Source of the DNA: an uncultured Candidatus Binatia bacterium
GTDB lineage: Bacteria; Desulfobacterota; Binatia; Bin18
Length of the DNA: 64,000 nucleotides
Direction: 5' to 3'
Assembly (NCBI GenBank): GCA_965218395.1
Contig: OZ244620.1
Coordinates: 1,669,268 to 1,733,267, forward strand
Both the position numbers and the translations under genes were made by a program. Of this stretch, positions 8,803-19,611 are shown piece after piece. Below the pieces are notes generated by a model, which saw only the letters and a list, made by a program, of their open reading frames with translations, did not search any database and was not told the origin of the DNA. Each line of letters starts with the position of its first letter. The first letter of the stretch is position 1.

Positions 8803-10131
8803 ATGGGCCAGCGGGAAGAACAGGCCAGGACGATTGTGCAGACGCTGCGCCGGCATGGCCATACGGCCTATTTTGCGGGTGGCTGTGTGCGGGATCGACT
8901 GCTGGGCAGGCAGGCTCAAGACTTCGATATCGCCACGGATGCCCGAACCGCCGAGGTCCGGGATATATTTCCGCAGACCATCCCGGTCGGGGCGCAGTTT
9001 GGGGTTATCCTCGTTGTCCTGGAGGGCATTCCCTACGAGGTGGCGACCTTTCGGGCCGATGGCCCCTATCATGATGGCCGTCACCCGGTGGCGGTCTGCT
9101 TCAGCACGGCCCGAGAGGACGCGCTGAGACGCGATTTCACGATTAACGGCATGTTCTTCGATCCGCTGACGGATACGGTCATTGATTATGTGGACGGGCA
9201 GGCAGACCTGAACAACCGGATCATTCGGGCCATTGGGGAGCCGGCGGCACGCTTTCACGAAGATCGCATCCGCCTGCTGCGGGCCGTCCGCTTTGCCGCC
9301 CGGCTGGGCTTCGCCATCGAGCCCGAGACCTGGCGCGCCGTGGGTCAGCTCGCCCCGACGCTGACCGAGATGGCCTGGGAGCGGATTGGCGACGAGGTGG
9401 TGAAAATCCTGACCGCAGGGAGCGCCCGGGTGGGGATGACGCTGCTGGCGGAGTCGGGCCTGCTGGAGGCCGTGCTGCCCGAGGTCATGGCGCTGCGCGG
9501 GGTGGCACAGTCGCCCGATTTTCATCCCGAAGGCGATGTGTTTGTGCATACGCTCCTGGTGCTGCACCATCTCGACGCTCTGGAGCAGCCGAGCGAGAGC
9601 CTGGCCCTGGGTGCGCTGCTGCACGACATCGCCAAACCGCTGTGTCAGAGGCAAAAAGGCGAGCGGGTGACATTTTACGGCCACTGCGAACAGGGCGCGG
9701 AGATGGCGCTGGACATCTGTCAGCGTCTGAAACGCTCTCGCGTGACCTGGGAGCGGGTAGCCTTTCTGGTCAAAAACCATCTACGCCTGCTTGACGCGCC
9801 GCGCATGCGAGCGGCCACGCTCAAGCGCTTCCTGCGTCTGGAGGGTATTGAAGAACTCCTGGACCTGGCGCGTCTGGATGCCCTGGCCTCAAACGGCAAT
9901 CTTGAGGCGTATGCATTCTGCCGCCAAAAACTGCTCGCACTCGACCCCGAGGAGCTGCGCCCGCCCCGTCTGTTGAGCGGTCGGGATCTGATCCAACTCG
10001 GATTGCAACCGGGTCCGCAGTTCTCCACCATCCTCGGGGCGCTGGAGGAAGCCCAACTCGAAGGGCGGGTACGCACCCGACGGGCGGCGCTCGCTTGGGT
10101 GCAGCGCAACTGGATGCAGCCGTCTGAGTAA
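8803..10131 (+). CDS. cca: CCA tRNA nucleotidyltransferase / poly(A) polymerase-family enzyme with HD domain
   Basis: ORF 8578..10131; start inferred at MGQREEQARTIVQ. GGCVRDRLLGR...DFDIAT NTase motif, RRDFTINGMF, HD-domain HDIAKP; divergent from murF. Confidence 0.75.
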   Translation: MGQREEQARTIVQTLRRHGHTAYFAGGCVRDRLLGRQAQDFDIATDARTAEVRDIFPQTIPVGAQFGVILVVLEGIPYEVATFRADGPYHDGRHPVAVCFSTAREDALRRDFTINGMFFDPLTDTVIDYVDGQADLNNRIIRAIGEPAARFHEDRIRLLRAVRFAARLGFAIEPETWRAVGQLAPTLTEMAWERIGDEVVKILTAGSARVGMTLLAESGLLEAVLPEVMALRGVAQSPDFHPEGDVFVHTLLVLHHLDALEQPSESLALGALLHDIAKPLCQRQKGERVTFYGHCEQGAEMALDICQRLKRSRVTWERVAFLVKNHLRLLDAPRMRAATLKRFLRLEGIEELLDLARLDALASNGNLEAYAFCRQKLLALDPEELRPPRLLSGRDLIQLGLQPGPQFSTILGALEEAQLEGRVRTRRAALAWVQRNWMQPSE

Positions 10132-10339
10132 GTAGGTCGGATGAGCGGAGCGTAATCCGACAAGGACGGGCTGTCGGGTTACGCCTACGGCTAGAGCAGT
10201 TTTCAGATTGGCGTAGCGGGCGGGCGGCGCTCCAGAACCGGAGGGTGCATCCCATGCACCAGCTTCCTGGTGCGCAGGGCACACCCTACGCGCCCCCGTT
10301 GTCTGAGGGCCGGCTGGCTATACGGAATCGTGAATTGGT
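10132..10339. repeat. REP/BIME-like block of GC-rich hairpins (TCGGATTACGCTCCGCTAATCCGA, GGTGCATGGGATGCACC) between the convergent cca and phoR genes
   Basis: Its end segments recur in inverted orientation at ~21610-21766. Confidence 0.5.
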
Positions 10340-11851
10340 CTAGTCCGACGGGGGAGGCGGGAGCGGCAGGGCGACCCGGACCGTGGTACCGTGATTGACC
10401 TTGCTCTCTATGCGGAGTGCGCCGTTATGGGCCAGGACGATATGTTTGACAATGGCCAGCCCCAGGCCGGTTCCCCCCAGCTCGCGTGAACGGGCTTTAT
10501 CCACCCGGTAAAAACGCTGGGTCAGACGTGGGATATCGGCTTCCGGGATACCACAGCCGGTATCGGCTATGGCAATCTCCAGCCAGCCCTGGGCGCCGTT
10601 GCCGGCGGCAACGGGAGCGCTGACCTCATGTGCCCCACGAGTGTGATCCGCCGCAGCGGCGCGCCCCCACCAGGCCGCTGGCTCGCCGCTGTCGTCACGC
10701 GCCGGGTGCAGTTCCGCGGAGACCGTGACCCGACCCTGAGCGGCCGTATATTTGACCGCGTTGTCAATCAGGTTGATCAGGACCTGATGCAGGCGATCCC
10801 GATCGCCTCTCACGCTGGGCAGGGCGGGCGGGAGATGCTGAGAGAGCGTCACCTTCCCCCGCTGGGCTTTCTCCTGGATCATGTCAAACGCTTCCTGGAC
10901 GAGCTCGGGAATATGGAGTTCTTTGCGGTGGAGCTCGGCCTGCCCCAATTCCAGATTGGATAGGGTCAGCAGGTCGTCTATGAGGCGGCTGAGGCGTTCC
11001 GAGTGGCGGTCAATAATGGTGAGGAAGCGGGTCGCGTGCTCGGGGTCGTGGAGGGCACCCGTGAGCAGGGTTTCCGCATAGCCCTTGATCGCGGTGAGCG
11101 GGGTGCGAAGTTCGTGCGACACATTGGCCACAAAGTCCGCCCGGATGGATTCGAGCCGTTTGATCGGGGTCAAATCATGACAGCTCAGCACATATCCGCT
11201 GGCCGTCGGGCGGCTTCCCTGAGGCGCTCCGTATTCTCCGCTGTGGGGCAGGCGCAAGACGCTCACGGCAAGCTGTCGCGGCTCCCGGCCCTCAACCTCG
11301 ATTTCCTGGGTGACGCCCTCAGCCGCTTCGGCGGACAAAAGCTGGTGCAGCACAGGGTGGCGGGAAAAGTCTTGGAAGGGCCGGCCCTGCCAGTCTTCCG
11401 TGGGGTCCAGACCAAACAGATGCAACGCGGCCGGGTTATAACGCACGATGCTGCCGTGCGGATCAATCACGACAATGCCTTCAGCCATGCTGTGGAGCAG
11501 GGCTTCGAGTTCTTTCTTCTCGTCCTGGAGCTGTCGAAGGTGTCGGTCTTGCGTGGTGAGGAGGCGGGAGAGCTGGTACTCGATGGTGCCCAGTACGTCG
11601 TTTTTGCGGACAGGCAGCGCGGGCAGCAGGGCGCCGTCCGGGGTCAGAGAAAGAAAGGCACTGAGCGCGCTCAGACGCCGTCGCAACTGTATCCGCTGAC
11701 GCAGCGCAGAGCCCAGCGCGGCCAGGCCACACACCAGGGCGGCATACCAGACCCAGTGCGGGCGGGCGTCTGCCGGAAAGAGCAGAAGGAGCAGGGCCAG
11801 CAGGGCCAGGCCGACCGGAAACAGAACGGCGAGGGTAATATTATCTTTCAC
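10340..11851 (-). CDS. phoR: phosphate-regulon sensor histidine kinase (PhoR-like; TM + PAS + HisKA HELRTPLTAIKGY + HATPase)
   Basis: Domain motifs; immediately downstream of phoB in the pst-pho operon. Confidence 0.8.
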   Translation of the reverse strand: MKDNITLAVLFPVGLALLALLLLLFPADARPHWVWYAALVCGLAALGSALRQRIQLRRRLSALSAFLSLTPDGALLPALPVRKNDVLGTIEYQLSRLLTTQDRHLRQLQDEKKELEALLHSMAEGIVVIDPHGSIVRYNPAALHLFGLDPTEDWQGRPFQDFSRHPVLHQLLSAEAAEGVTQEIEVEGREPRQLAVSVLRLPHSGEYGAPQGSRPTASGYVLSCHDLTPIKRLESIRADFVANVSHELRTPLTAIKGYAETLLTGALHDPEHATRFLTIIDRHSERLSRLIDDLLTLSNLELGQAELHRKELHIPELVQEAFDMIQEKAQRGKVTLSQHLPPALPSVRGDRDRLHQVLINLIDNAVKYTAAQGRVTVSAELHPARDDSGEPAAWWGRAAAADHTRGAHEVSAPVAAGNGAQGWLEIAIADTGCGIPEADIPRLTQRFYRVDKARSRELGGTGLGLAIVKHIVLAHNGALRIESKVNHGTTVRVALPLPPPPSD

Positions 11852-11883
11852 ACGAAGGTGCTGCGTTGCGTCCGGGAGCGCGG

Positions 11884-12597
11884 CTAGACCTCAAGCGCTT
11901 CCGGGTTAAATTTATACCCCACCCCCCGCACGGTCAGGAGCAGACTCGGGTTGGCATCATCCTGCTCAATGCGCTTGCGCAGGCGGCGGATATGGACATC
12001 GATCGTGCGGGGCTCGATATAGACATTATGCCCCCACACCAGATCCAGGATTTGGGTCCGGCTGAAGACGCGGTTGGGAGACTGGACGAAGAATTTGAGC
12101 AGTTCAAACTCGCGCAAACCAAGGTCGAGCGGATGGCCGTCGAGCTTCACTTCGTAGGTATCGTAGTCGATCTCCAGACGACCACGGACATACATCTGGT
12201 GCGGCTGGTCCGCCGGCGGACCATAGGTCCGTCGCAGGACGGCTTTGACCCGAGCGACGAGTTCGCGCGGGCTGAAGGGTTTGGTGATGTAGTCGTCCGC
12301 CCCCATTTCGAGGCCCAGGACCTTATCCACCTCGGAGGCGCGCGCCGTCAGCATCAGGATCGGGACGGTGGCCAGCTTGTCCTGGGCGCGTAAAGTGCGA
12401 CACACCTCAAGGCCGGACAGGCCGGGCAGCATAAGGTCGAGAATAATCAGCGCCGGCCGTTCGGCAGCAGCGAGATGCAGACTCACCTCGCCGTCACCCG
12501 CTTCGAGGACGGTAAAACCCTCGGTTTCCAGATGATACCGCACCAGGTCGCGGATGTCTTTTTCATCCTCGATGATCAGGACTTTCCGCTTGGACAA
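11884..12597 (-). CDS. phoB: phosphate-regulon response regulator (PhoB/OmpR family); probable TTG start giving (M)SKRKVLIIEDE
   Basis: ORF 11884..12684; receiver plus winged-helix domains. The 29-aa N-terminal extension in the track ORF is a translation of the palindromic repeat. Confidence 0.75.
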   Translation of the reverse strand: MSKRKVLIIEDEKDIRDLVRYHLETEGFTVLEAGDGEVSLHLAAAERPALIILDLMLPGLSGLEVCRTLRAQDKLATVPILMLTARASEVDKVLGLEMGADDYITKPFSPRELVARVKAVLRRTYGPPADQPHQMYVRGRLEIDYDTYEVKLDGHPLDLGLREFELLKFFVQSPNRVFSRTQILDLVWGHNVYIEPRTIDVHIRRLRKRIEQDDANPSLLLTVRGVGYKFNPEALEV

Positions 12598-12650
12598 AGA
12601 GGAAGCGTGTCCAGCATCTGCATGTCTATTGGAGGACACGTTTCCTCTTC
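12596..12650. repeat. family-1 palindromic element, copy b (AAAGAGGAAGCGTGTCC ... GGACACGTTTCCTCTTC) between phoU and phoB
   Basis: One G:T mismatch in the arms; loop AGCATCTGCATGTCTATTGGA as in copies a and e. Confidence 0.65.
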
Positions 12651-12697
12651 CGGCCGTCTCCGCCGGCTGCTGGTATAGCGCCATAGCCCCCTCGGTT

Positions 12698-13453
12698 TTA
12701 GACTGACTCGGGTAAGGGCGAGAGGTGGCGGATGCTCTTGCCCTTGGCCAGATAGATCACCATCTCGGCGATATTGGTGGCGTGGTCGGCCACCCGCTCC
12801 AGGTATTTGGCGATAAACAATATCCGCATGGCGCGGGGGGCGTATTCGGGTTCCTGCCGCATCTGAGACAGCATGGTGTTGAAGACCTGAGCGGTTAAAT
12901 CATCGATCCGGTCATCGCGCTGACACACACTCAGGGCCAGGTCGGGTGCCTCGGATACAAAATCGCTGAGTTTATCTCCGAGGGTCATGCGCGTATTGGG
13001 GGCGGCGGTGACATCGGAGGAAGACTGCAAGAAGGCGTCAAGACTGTCGCGCAGCATGGCCCGGGCGCCCTCGGCCATTTCGGGCAGTTCCGGCCGCGGG
13101 GCGAGGGGCGCCTCCTGATTGAGCTCGATCGCCCGCTCACAGATATTCTCGGCAATATCGCCGATGCGCTCAAGATCGGTTGAAATCCGCAGGCTGGTGG
13201 TAATAAAGCGCAGGTCGCGCGCGGCCGGCTGATGCAGGGCAAGGAGGCGGATGCAGGCCTCATCAATGGCGACATCAAGATAGTTGACCATATGGTCGCG
13301 CTCTATGATCTCCTGGGCGGTGTGCGAGTCGCGCGCGACGAACGCGGTGAAAGCGTCCCCGATCTGCTTTTCAACCAGCCCGCCCATTTCCAACACCTTG
13401 GCCCGCAGTTGCTGGAGTTCTTCTTCGTATTGTCTATCCGTATGGAGTGGCAT
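12698..13453 (-). CDS. phoU: phosphate signalling complex protein PhoU
   Basis: Two PhoU repeats (ERIGD ... ERVADHATNIAE). Confidence 0.9.
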   Translation of the reverse strand: MPLHTDRQYEEELQQLRAKVLEMGGLVEKQIGDAFTAFVARDSHTAQEIIERDHMVNYLDVAIDEACIRLLALHQPAARDLRFITTSLRISTDLERIGDIAENICERAIELNQEAPLAPRPELPEMAEGARAMLRDSLDAFLQSSSDVTAAPNTRMTLGDKLSDFVSEAPDLALSVCQRDDRIDDLTAQVFNTMLSQMRQEPEYAPRAMRILFIAKYLERVADHATNIAEMVIYLAKGKSIRHLSPLPESV

Positions 13454-13475
13454 ACTCCCTCCGCTGCTTGCCGAT

Positions 13476-14333
13476 CTAGCCGAATCGGCCGGTAATATAA
13501 TCTTCCGTGGCCTGCTTTTCCGGGGTCGTAAATAATTTTTCGGTCTGCCCGAACTCTATCAACTCGCCCAAATACATAAAAGCCGTGAAATCTGAGACCC
13601 GCGCGGCCTGCTGCATATTGTGGGTGACGATGACTATCGTATACTGCTTTTTCAGCTCATGAATGAGTTCCTCGATTTTTGTCGTGGCAATCGGGTCCAG
13701 AGCCGAGCAGGGCTCATCCATCAGGACGACTTCGGGTTCAACCGCAATGGTCCGGGCAATGCACAGGCGTTGGTGCTGCCCACCGGATAAACCCAGCGCA
13801 TTGTCGTGCAGCCGATCCTTGGCTTCTTCCCACAGGGCGGCAGCGCGCAGGCTCTGCTCGACAATATCATCCAACTGCGCCTTGTTGTGTATCCCGAGCA
13901 CGCGCGGCCCGTAGGCGACATTTTCATAGATGGTCTTGGGAAAGGGATTCGGCTTTTGGAACACCATGCCGACCCGTTTGCGCAGCGCGGTGACGTCAAG
14001 CGTTTGATCCAGAATCTGGAGGCCGCCCACGACGATACTGCCGCTGGTCGTACAGCCGTCGATCAGGTCGTTCAGGCGATTCAGGCAGCGCAGCAGGGTG
14101 GACTTGCCACAGCCCGACGGACCGATGAAGGCCGTCACCTGGCCTTTTGCAATATCCATATTGATATGCTTGAGGGTCTGGGTCGTGCCGTCGTAGCTGA
14201 GACAGACGTCCCGGATTTCGACTTCCACGGTGTCACGCGTGCCGAGCGCCGTGGGGTCATGACCGTTACCCGAACCCGGCCGCGGCGGCAGGGTAACGGC
14301 GTGGCCGACCGGCGATCTTTCCTGGCTTTCCAT
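13476..14333 (-). CDS. pstB: phosphate ABC transporter ATP-binding protein PstB
   Basis: ORF 13476..14396; start at MESQERSPV with an [19 protein letters not shown] Walker A, LSGGQQQRL signature. Confidence 0.85.
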   Translation of the reverse strand: MESQERSPVGHAVTLPPRPGSGNGHDPTALGTRDTVEVEIRDVCLSYDGTTQTLKHINMDIAKGQVTAFIGPSGCGKSTLLRCLNRLNDLIDGCTTSGSIVVGGLQILDQTLDVTALRKRVGMVFQKPNPFPKTIYENVAYGPRVLGIHNKAQLDDIVEQSLRAAALWEEAKDRLHDNALGLSGGQHQRLCIARTIAVEPEVVLMDEPCSALDPIATTKIEELIHELKKQYTIVIVTHNMQQAARVSDFTAFMYLGELIEFGQTEKLFTTPEKQATEDYITGRFG

Positions 14334-14346
14334 ACGAACACTCCCT

Positions 14347-15975
14347 TTAGAAGGCTTCAAAGCGCAAGCGGCTGCGTAAGCGATTCCGAATCGCAATCGC
14401 AGCCAGGTTCAAGGTAATGACGATCACAATCAGCAGCAGGGTCGTCATAAAGACCATGGGCTTGGCCGCCTCGACGTTCGGCGACTGGAAACCCACATCG
14501 TAAATATGAAACCCCAGATGCATGAATTTCCGTTCCAGATGAAAGAACGGCCAGTGGCCGTCAACGGGTAAGGTCGGGGCAAGTTTGACCACGCCGGTGA
14601 TCATCAGCGGGGCGACTTCCCCGGCGCCGCGGGCCATGGCCAGAATAGTCCCGGTCAGGATGCCCGGCAACGCGCCGGGAATAACGATTTTCCGCAGGGT
14701 CTCCCACTTGGTCGCGCCCAGGGCCAAGGAGCCCTCGCGCCACTCTGTGGGGATGGAGGACAACGACTCTTCGGTGGCGACAATCACCACCGGGACGGTC
14801 AGCAGGGCCAGGGTCAACGACGCCCACAGAATCCCGCCGGTGCCGTAGGTCGGGGTGGGCAGGGAATCCTGGTAGAAGAGTTGGTCCAGCGACCCGCCAA
14901 TGACATACACAAAAAACCCGAGGCCAAAGACGCCAAACACAATCGAGGGCACCCCGGCAAGATTGTTGACCGCAATCCGGACGGCGCGGACGAGGGGCCC
15001 CTGCTTGGCATACTCGCGTAGATACAGGGCGGCGACCACGCCAAAAGGGACCACCATAATGCTCATGATGATGACCATCATGACCGTCCCGAAAATGGCG
15101 GGGAATACGCCGCCTTCGGTGTTTGCCTCGCGCGGGTCTTCCCAAAAGAATTCCCAGAAGCGCGTCACATACAGGCCGAAGCGTTCCAACCAACTCATAT
15201 TATTGGGCAGAAAGCCGCGCACCACACCGGCGATGGCCAGCTCTTTGTGCTTGCCGTTAATGTCCTGCACAGTAATGTGATAGCGCGAGTTTTCCTGGTA
15301 TAGGGCTGCGAGCTCCTGGGCCTTTTCCTCATAGACCTGTTGCCAGGCTGCTATTTCCGCCTCAAGGCCGGCAATTTTTTCGGCGGCCCGGGTCGGATCG
15401 GTTTCCCGGCGTTGCGTCCGCTTGACCTCAATGCGCAGTTGTTCGAGGTCGTAGTTAATCTCCCCAATATCTTTCTTTTCGATGGTGTGGATATCATCCA
15501 GCGTGGCGTGCGTCCGGGCGTGGAGTGCGAGGAATTTTGGCCAGGCCCGGTCAAAGCCCTCGGCCACGATTTCGCCATCCTGCCGCACCGTGGTGAGAAA
15601 GCCAAAAAACGGGCCCCATTCATACCGTTCCAAATATATCACCTGCTCGGGAAACGAATGCCCGGTCATCAGGCTGTCATCCACCCAGCGAAAATCGGAG
15701 CCGTACAGATCGCGGTTGGCGACCTGGAACTGCGTCCGGTAGTATTCCCGGTCGTCTCCAGCCTGTCGCGGAATAGCCTCCTGGGCACGGACCGCCCCCA
15801 GGAGCTTGTGTCCGCCCTGAAGGTCAACCGCCTTGAGTTGATCGGGCCAGAAGAACCCGAGCGCATTGGCTCCAACGATCCAAATGAGGGCGGCGATCAT
15901 GAGCAGGCTGAAGGCCAGGGTTCCCCCCGTCATCCAGATGAACGGGTCGCCGCTGCGTAGAAAACCTTTGAACAT
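14347..15975 (-). CDS. pstA: phosphate ABC transporter permease PstA, long form with N-terminal periplasmic extension
   Basis: ORF 14347..16059; start chosen at MFKGFLRSG (AGGGGGTGG RBS). C-terminal permease core with the [11 protein letters not shown]-like loop. Confidence 0.75.
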   Translation of the reverse strand: MFKGFLRSGDPFIWMTGGTLAFSLLMIAALIWIVGANALGFFWPDQLKAVDLQGGHKLLGAVRAQEAIPRQAGDDREYYRTQFQVANRDLYGSDFRWVDDSLMTGHSFPEQVIYLERYEWGPFFGFLTTVRQDGEIVAEGFDRAWPKFLALHARTHATLDDIHTIEKKDIGEINYDLEQLRIEVKRTQRRETDPTRAAEKIAGLEAEIAAWQQVYEEKAQELAALYQENSRYHITVQDINGKHKELAIAGVVRGFLPNNMSWLERFGLYVTRFWEFFWEDPREANTEGGVFPAIFGTVMMVIIMSIMVVPFGVVAALYLREYAKQGPLVRAVRIAVNNLAGVPSIVFGVFGLGFFVYVIGGSLDQLFYQDSLPTPTYGTGGILWASLTLALLTVPVVIVATEESLSSIPTEWREGSLALGATKWETLRKIVIPGALPGILTGTILAMARGAGEVAPLMITGVVKLAPTLPVDGHWPFFHLERKFMHLGFHIYDVGFQSPNVEAAKPMVFMTTLLLIVIVITLNLAAIAIRNRLRSRLRFEAF

Positions 15976-16018
15976 GCCACCCCCTGAGGTGTGCGGCGCT
16001 GCGGATGCCGAAGAAGTA

Positions 16019-18355
16019 TTAGATGCGGCCATAGCGGTCTCGTAAGCGTTGGCGGACAACTTCCGCCGTAGTATTGACCAAAAACGTTAAAATAAAGAGG
16101 AGCAGGGCGGCCAGGAAAAGGATGCGGTAGAGCGTCCCGCCGTGGGGCGCTTCCGGGATTTCCACCGCGATATTGGCCGATAAGGCACGGAAGCCCGTAA
16201 AAGGATCAAAGTCCATGACGGGCGTATTGCCGGTGGCCATCAGGACAATCATGGTTTCTCCGACCGCCCGGCCAAAGCCGATCATAATCGCCGAGAACAC
16301 CCCCGGGCTGGCCGTCGGCAGCACGACCCGCAGGGCGGTTTGCCAGCGCGTCGCCCCCAGCGCCAACGAGCCCGAAATAAGATGCTGGGGCACGTTGGAA
16401 AAGGCGTCTTCACAGATGGTGTAGATAATGGGGATGACGGCAAAGCCCATGGCAAAACCTACAATCAGGGAGTTGCGGGGGTCGTAGCGCACCCCGGTGG
16501 TGTCGTACAGCCACTGGGGGAAATCGCCGGCGAAAAAGACGGCCTCAAGCGGGTTGTCGAGCAGGATACAGACGTAGATGGCCAGCATAAGCAGCGGGAC
16601 CAGAAAAAAGAGTTCCACGCCCGGCTTCAGGCTGCTGCGGAATCCCAGCGGCAGCAGGCGCCAGGCGAATGAGGCGCCCAGGGTCACCAGGGGCAGCGCA
16701 ATGAACAGCAGCAACAGGGCGGGCACCATGTCGGCCACCAGGGGCGCCAGCCACAGACCGGCGAAAAAGCCAAGGACAACGCTGGGCAGGGCGGCCATCA
16801 CCTCAACCGAGGGCTTGACCGCATTGCGCAGGCGCGGGTGCATGAACTGGGAGGTATACAGCGCGCCGCACAGGCTGAGGGGAATGGCTAACAGCAGGGC
16901 GTAAAATGTTCCTTTTAAGGTTCCGTAGGCCAGCGGGGAGAGGCTGAATTTCGGCTCAAAATCATCCGTTCCACTGCTGGATTGCCAGGTATAGTCCGGG
17001 GCGTCATAGCCCTCGTACCACACCTTCCCGAACAGGGCGGAAAGGGTGATCTCCGGATGGGGATTATCAACGCTCCAGTTATACAGTTGGCCGTGTTGAT
17101 TGAGGGCCAGGATGCCATTGGTACGTGGGGCATAGACGAGCTGCGTAATCGGGCTGCCGGTGTCGCGGCTCAGCATGGTGGCTTCGGTGGTGGCGTACTG
17201 GATGCGCACCGTGCCGGCGGTATCGCCGGTGACGAAGCCTTTATTACGTGGAGAGGGGGAGATGGTCGTGATGGGTGCTGCATGGGACTGCATCACGTGA
17301 ATTTCACGAAAGGGGAGTTCGGCCGGATTGTCCTGGTCGCGCACCTGGAACCAGACGCTCACTCCCCCGGCGTCATCCCCCATGACCAGAGAGCGGTCAC
17401 CAATCAACCAGGCCATGGCCCGGACGGGGGCGCGCTTTTGACCCTGCGCTCGCAGGCGCGGCATGACCTGGGGCGCAGCGGCGTTGCGGATATCCCAATG
17501 GATCACTTCGCCGGTTTCTAAGGCGGCAAAGACGTTCCGCTGTTCCGCATCCAAGGTCAACGCCGTCGCGTCCGCATCCAGCCCGGCTGAGAGCTCTGCC
17601 CGGTGTTCCGAGACTTGGGGCTCACCCAAGAACGATTCTTCGGTTGTGCGCGACAGGAAGAGGAGGGTGCGGGGGCCGAACAGGGCGGCCAGGGTCATCT
17701 TGTCCTCGTCTTCGCTGGTACGCTGATACGCCACAGCACGAATAGCACGGCCCTGCGGGTCGAGGACAATCGTCTCGTCCTCCGTGACCTGAGGCATGCT
17801 GATGCGGGTCTTACCCTCAAACGAGACCGGGAAGGAGATCGTCAGGGGAATAACGACACCGTCGGCGGTTCCGAGCGCGGCGGTGTGGGTCAGGTTGCGA
17901 TAGTGGACCGCCGTTATTTGTCGTCCCTGCAGGGCTTGGATCTCATAGCGCTGCAGGAGTCGGTTGTCGGCGAGGGAGAGAAAATCAACCGTTCCCGCCT
18001 GGGTAATGGTGTAGGCGATCTCTCGATATTCATCGATGCCCAGAGCGAGGACGTCCGCATGGGGTCCATTGCCTGCCAGGTCGGCCAGCGGAGTCGGCGG
18101 GGTCTCAAGCTCCGCGGTGGGCGCGTTCCAGAGAGGTAAGGTCTCGGCCACGATCACAAAAAGTATCGCGGCGATGCTCAGAATAACGGCAAAGCCACCC
18201 GCGGTGATCAGGATGGTCGCGGCCTTATCAACCAGCTTTTTCCGTCGGAGCCGGCTTTTATCCTCGGTCGCCGAGAGACGGATGCCGACCGGATGGGCTC
18301 CGTTGGCGGTCGGCAGCGACGCGGGTTTGGATGGGTGTTCCTGCATCTCCGGCAT
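16019..18355 (-). CDS. pstC: phosphate ABC transporter permease PstC, long form (~780 aa) with a large periplasmic domain
   Basis: ORF 16019..18388; start probably MPEMQEHP. C-terminal permease with ALGATRWQT motif. Confidence 0.75.
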   Translation of the reverse strand: MPEMQEHPSKPASLPTANGAHPVGIRLSATEDKSRLRRKKLVDKAATILITAGGFAVILSIAAILFVIVAETLPLWNAPTAELETPPTPLADLAGNGPHADVLALGIDEYREIAYTITQAGTVDFLSLADNRLLQRYEIQALQGRQITAVHYRNLTHTAALGTADGVVIPLTISFPVSFEGKTRISMPQVTEDETIVLDPQGRAIRAVAYQRTSEDEDKMTLAALFGPRTLLFLSRTTEESFLGEPQVSEHRAELSAGLDADATALTLDAEQRNVFAALETGEVIHWDIRNAAAPQVMPRLRAQGQKRAPVRAMAWLIGDRSLVMGDDAGGVSVWFQVRDQDNPAELPFREIHVMQSHAAPITTISPSPRNKGFVTGDTAGTVRIQYATTEATMLSRDTGSPITQLVYAPRTNGILALNQHGQLYNWSVDNPHPEITLSALFGKVWYEGYDAPDYTWQSSSGTDDFEPKFSLSPLAYGTLKGTFYALLLAIPLSLCGALYTSQFMHPRLRNAVKPSVEVMAALPSVVLGFFAGLWLAPLVADMVPALLLLFIALPLVTLGASFAWRLLPLGFRSSLKPGVELFFLVPLLMLAIYVCILLDNPLEAVFFAGDFPQWLYDTTGVRYDPRNSLIVGFAMGFAVIPIIYTICEDAFSNVPQHLISGSLALGATRWQTALRVVLPTASPGVFSAIMIGFGRAVGETMIVLMATGNTPVMDFDPFTGFRALSANIAVEIPEAPHGGTLYRILFLAALLLFILTFLVNTTAEVVRQRLRDRYGRI

Positions 18356-18424
18356 AATAGACCTAATGCGATTCTGCGGACAGGGCAAGCGGCGAAAAAG
18401 AGGAAACGTGCGTGGGAAGAGCGC

Positions 18425-19393
18425 CTATTCCATCGCGGCCCGGTCTTCATTCACCAACTGGGCGGACATTGGATAGTAGCCGTCCTTGACCACGATCTCT
18501 TGGCCTTCCTTGCTCAGGACAAACTTGAGAAATTCCTTGGTCAGGGGATCGATCGTCTTGTTCGGCTCCTTGTTCACATAGACATACAGGAAACGGGCCA
18601 GGGGATATTGCCCGCCGGCCACGTTGTCGTACGTAGGCTCGACATAGTCGCTGCCCTCTTTGACCAGGGGGATGGGGTGCACGCCCGAGGTCGTGTAGCC
18701 AATCCCGCTATAGCCGGCGCCGTTGCGATCCTCACTCACGCCCTGGACCACAGAGGCCGAGCCCGGCTGCTCTTTCACCGTATCCTTGTAGTCGCCCTTG
18801 CACAGCGCTTTCTTCTTGAAGAAGCCGTAGGTGCCGGAGGCGGAATTACGACCGTACAGGCTGATCGGCGCCGAGGTCCAGGCGTCCGTCAGACCCAGGT
18901 CGCCCCAGACGGTGGCATCCGCGATGGCGCCGCATTTGCGGTTCCTCGAGAACAGGGCATCGACCTGCTGAAGGTTGAGACCCTTGATCGGATTGTCCTT
19001 GTTGACAAAGACGGCCAATGAGTCGAGCGAGGTCCGAATCGGGGTCGGCTTATAGCCGAACTTCTTCTCGAAGGCGTCCAGCTCTTTGCTCTTCATGGCA
19101 CGCGACATGGGGCCAAGTTGGGCCGTGGCTTCAATCAGGGCCGGGGGAGCCGTGCTTGAGCCCTTGCCCTCGATCTGGACGTTCACGTTGGGGTAGACTT
19201 TTTTAAACCCTTCGGCCCACAGGGTCATCAGGTTGTTGAACGTGTCCGAACCGATGCTGTTCAGATTGCCCGAGATGCCGCTGACCTTTTCGTAGCTTGG
19301 CAGCTCGGCGTCAACTTCAATCGTCTGGGCGCTTGCCAGCGCAGCGCTCAGGCTCAGGGCTCCACACATGGCCAGTATTTTCCGTATTTTCAT
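18425..19393 (-). CDS. pstS: phosphate-binding periplasmic protein PstS
   Basis: Signal peptide MKIRKILAMCGALSLSAALASAQ; SGNLNSIGSDT ... GYSGIGY motifs; GAGGAGAG RBS. Confidence 0.85.
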   Translation of the reverse strand: MKIRKILAMCGALSLSAALASAQTIEVDAELPSYEKVSGISGNLNSIGSDTFNNLMTLWAEGFKKVYPNVNVQIEGKGSSTAPPALIEATAQLGPMSRAMKSKELDAFEKKFGYKPTPIRTSLDSLAVFVNKDNPIKGLNLQQVDALFSRNRKCGAIADATVWGDLGLTDAWTSAPISLYGRNSASGTYGFFKKKALCKGDYKDTVKEQPGSASVVQGVSEDRNGAGYSGIGYTTSGVHPIPLVKEGSDYVEPTYDNVAGGQYPLARFLYVYVNKEPNKTIDPLTKEFLKFVLSKEGQEIVVKDGYYPMSAQLVNEDRAAME

Positions 19394-19414
19394 ACTCTCT
19401 CCTCTCTAGAGCAA

Positions 19415-19605
19415 ATCACGATGCTATGTAGCGCGTCTCTCTCCTCCTTGAGGAGGGCGGGCTTCCAGCCCGCATGGCGGCCAGGATGGCCGCCCTCCCA
19501 GGCGGGGAGCCCCCCCCATCCCCTCCCTGGCCGCTTGGTGCCAGCCATTGTCTTTCCCGACGAGCGCGGACGGGCACGGCTACAACAACTTATCGTGAAA
19601 CGCTC
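19415..19605. repeat. ~190-bp inverted repeat, left copy (IR-L), between the pstS start and the oprP stop
   Basis: ~95% identical to the reverse complement of 21293-21496; contains the internal near-palindrome GGCGGCCAGGATGGCCGCC. Confidence 0.75.
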
Positions 19606-19611
19606 TAGGGT

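Noticed and set aside
8253-9780. Long ORFs antisense to or overlapping murF/cca (8253..9074 +, 8590..9780 -, 8675..9127 +) and similar antisense ORFs elsewhere (5955..6785, 7323..8231, 20125..21051, 23754..25307, 30098..31849, 39237..39773, 47463..48176, 48929..49648)
   Set aside because: They are shadow ORFs typical of high-GC DNA: Arg/Ala/Gly/Pro-rich, no start or RBS signals, each fully nested in a gene with strong family support on the other strand.
14347-18388. pstA (570 aa) and pstC (789 aa) as possible gene fusions or misassemblies
   Set aside because: Each has a single continuous permease core at the C-terminus with a coherent N-terminal extension, consistent with known long-form Pst permeases; no internal frame breaks.
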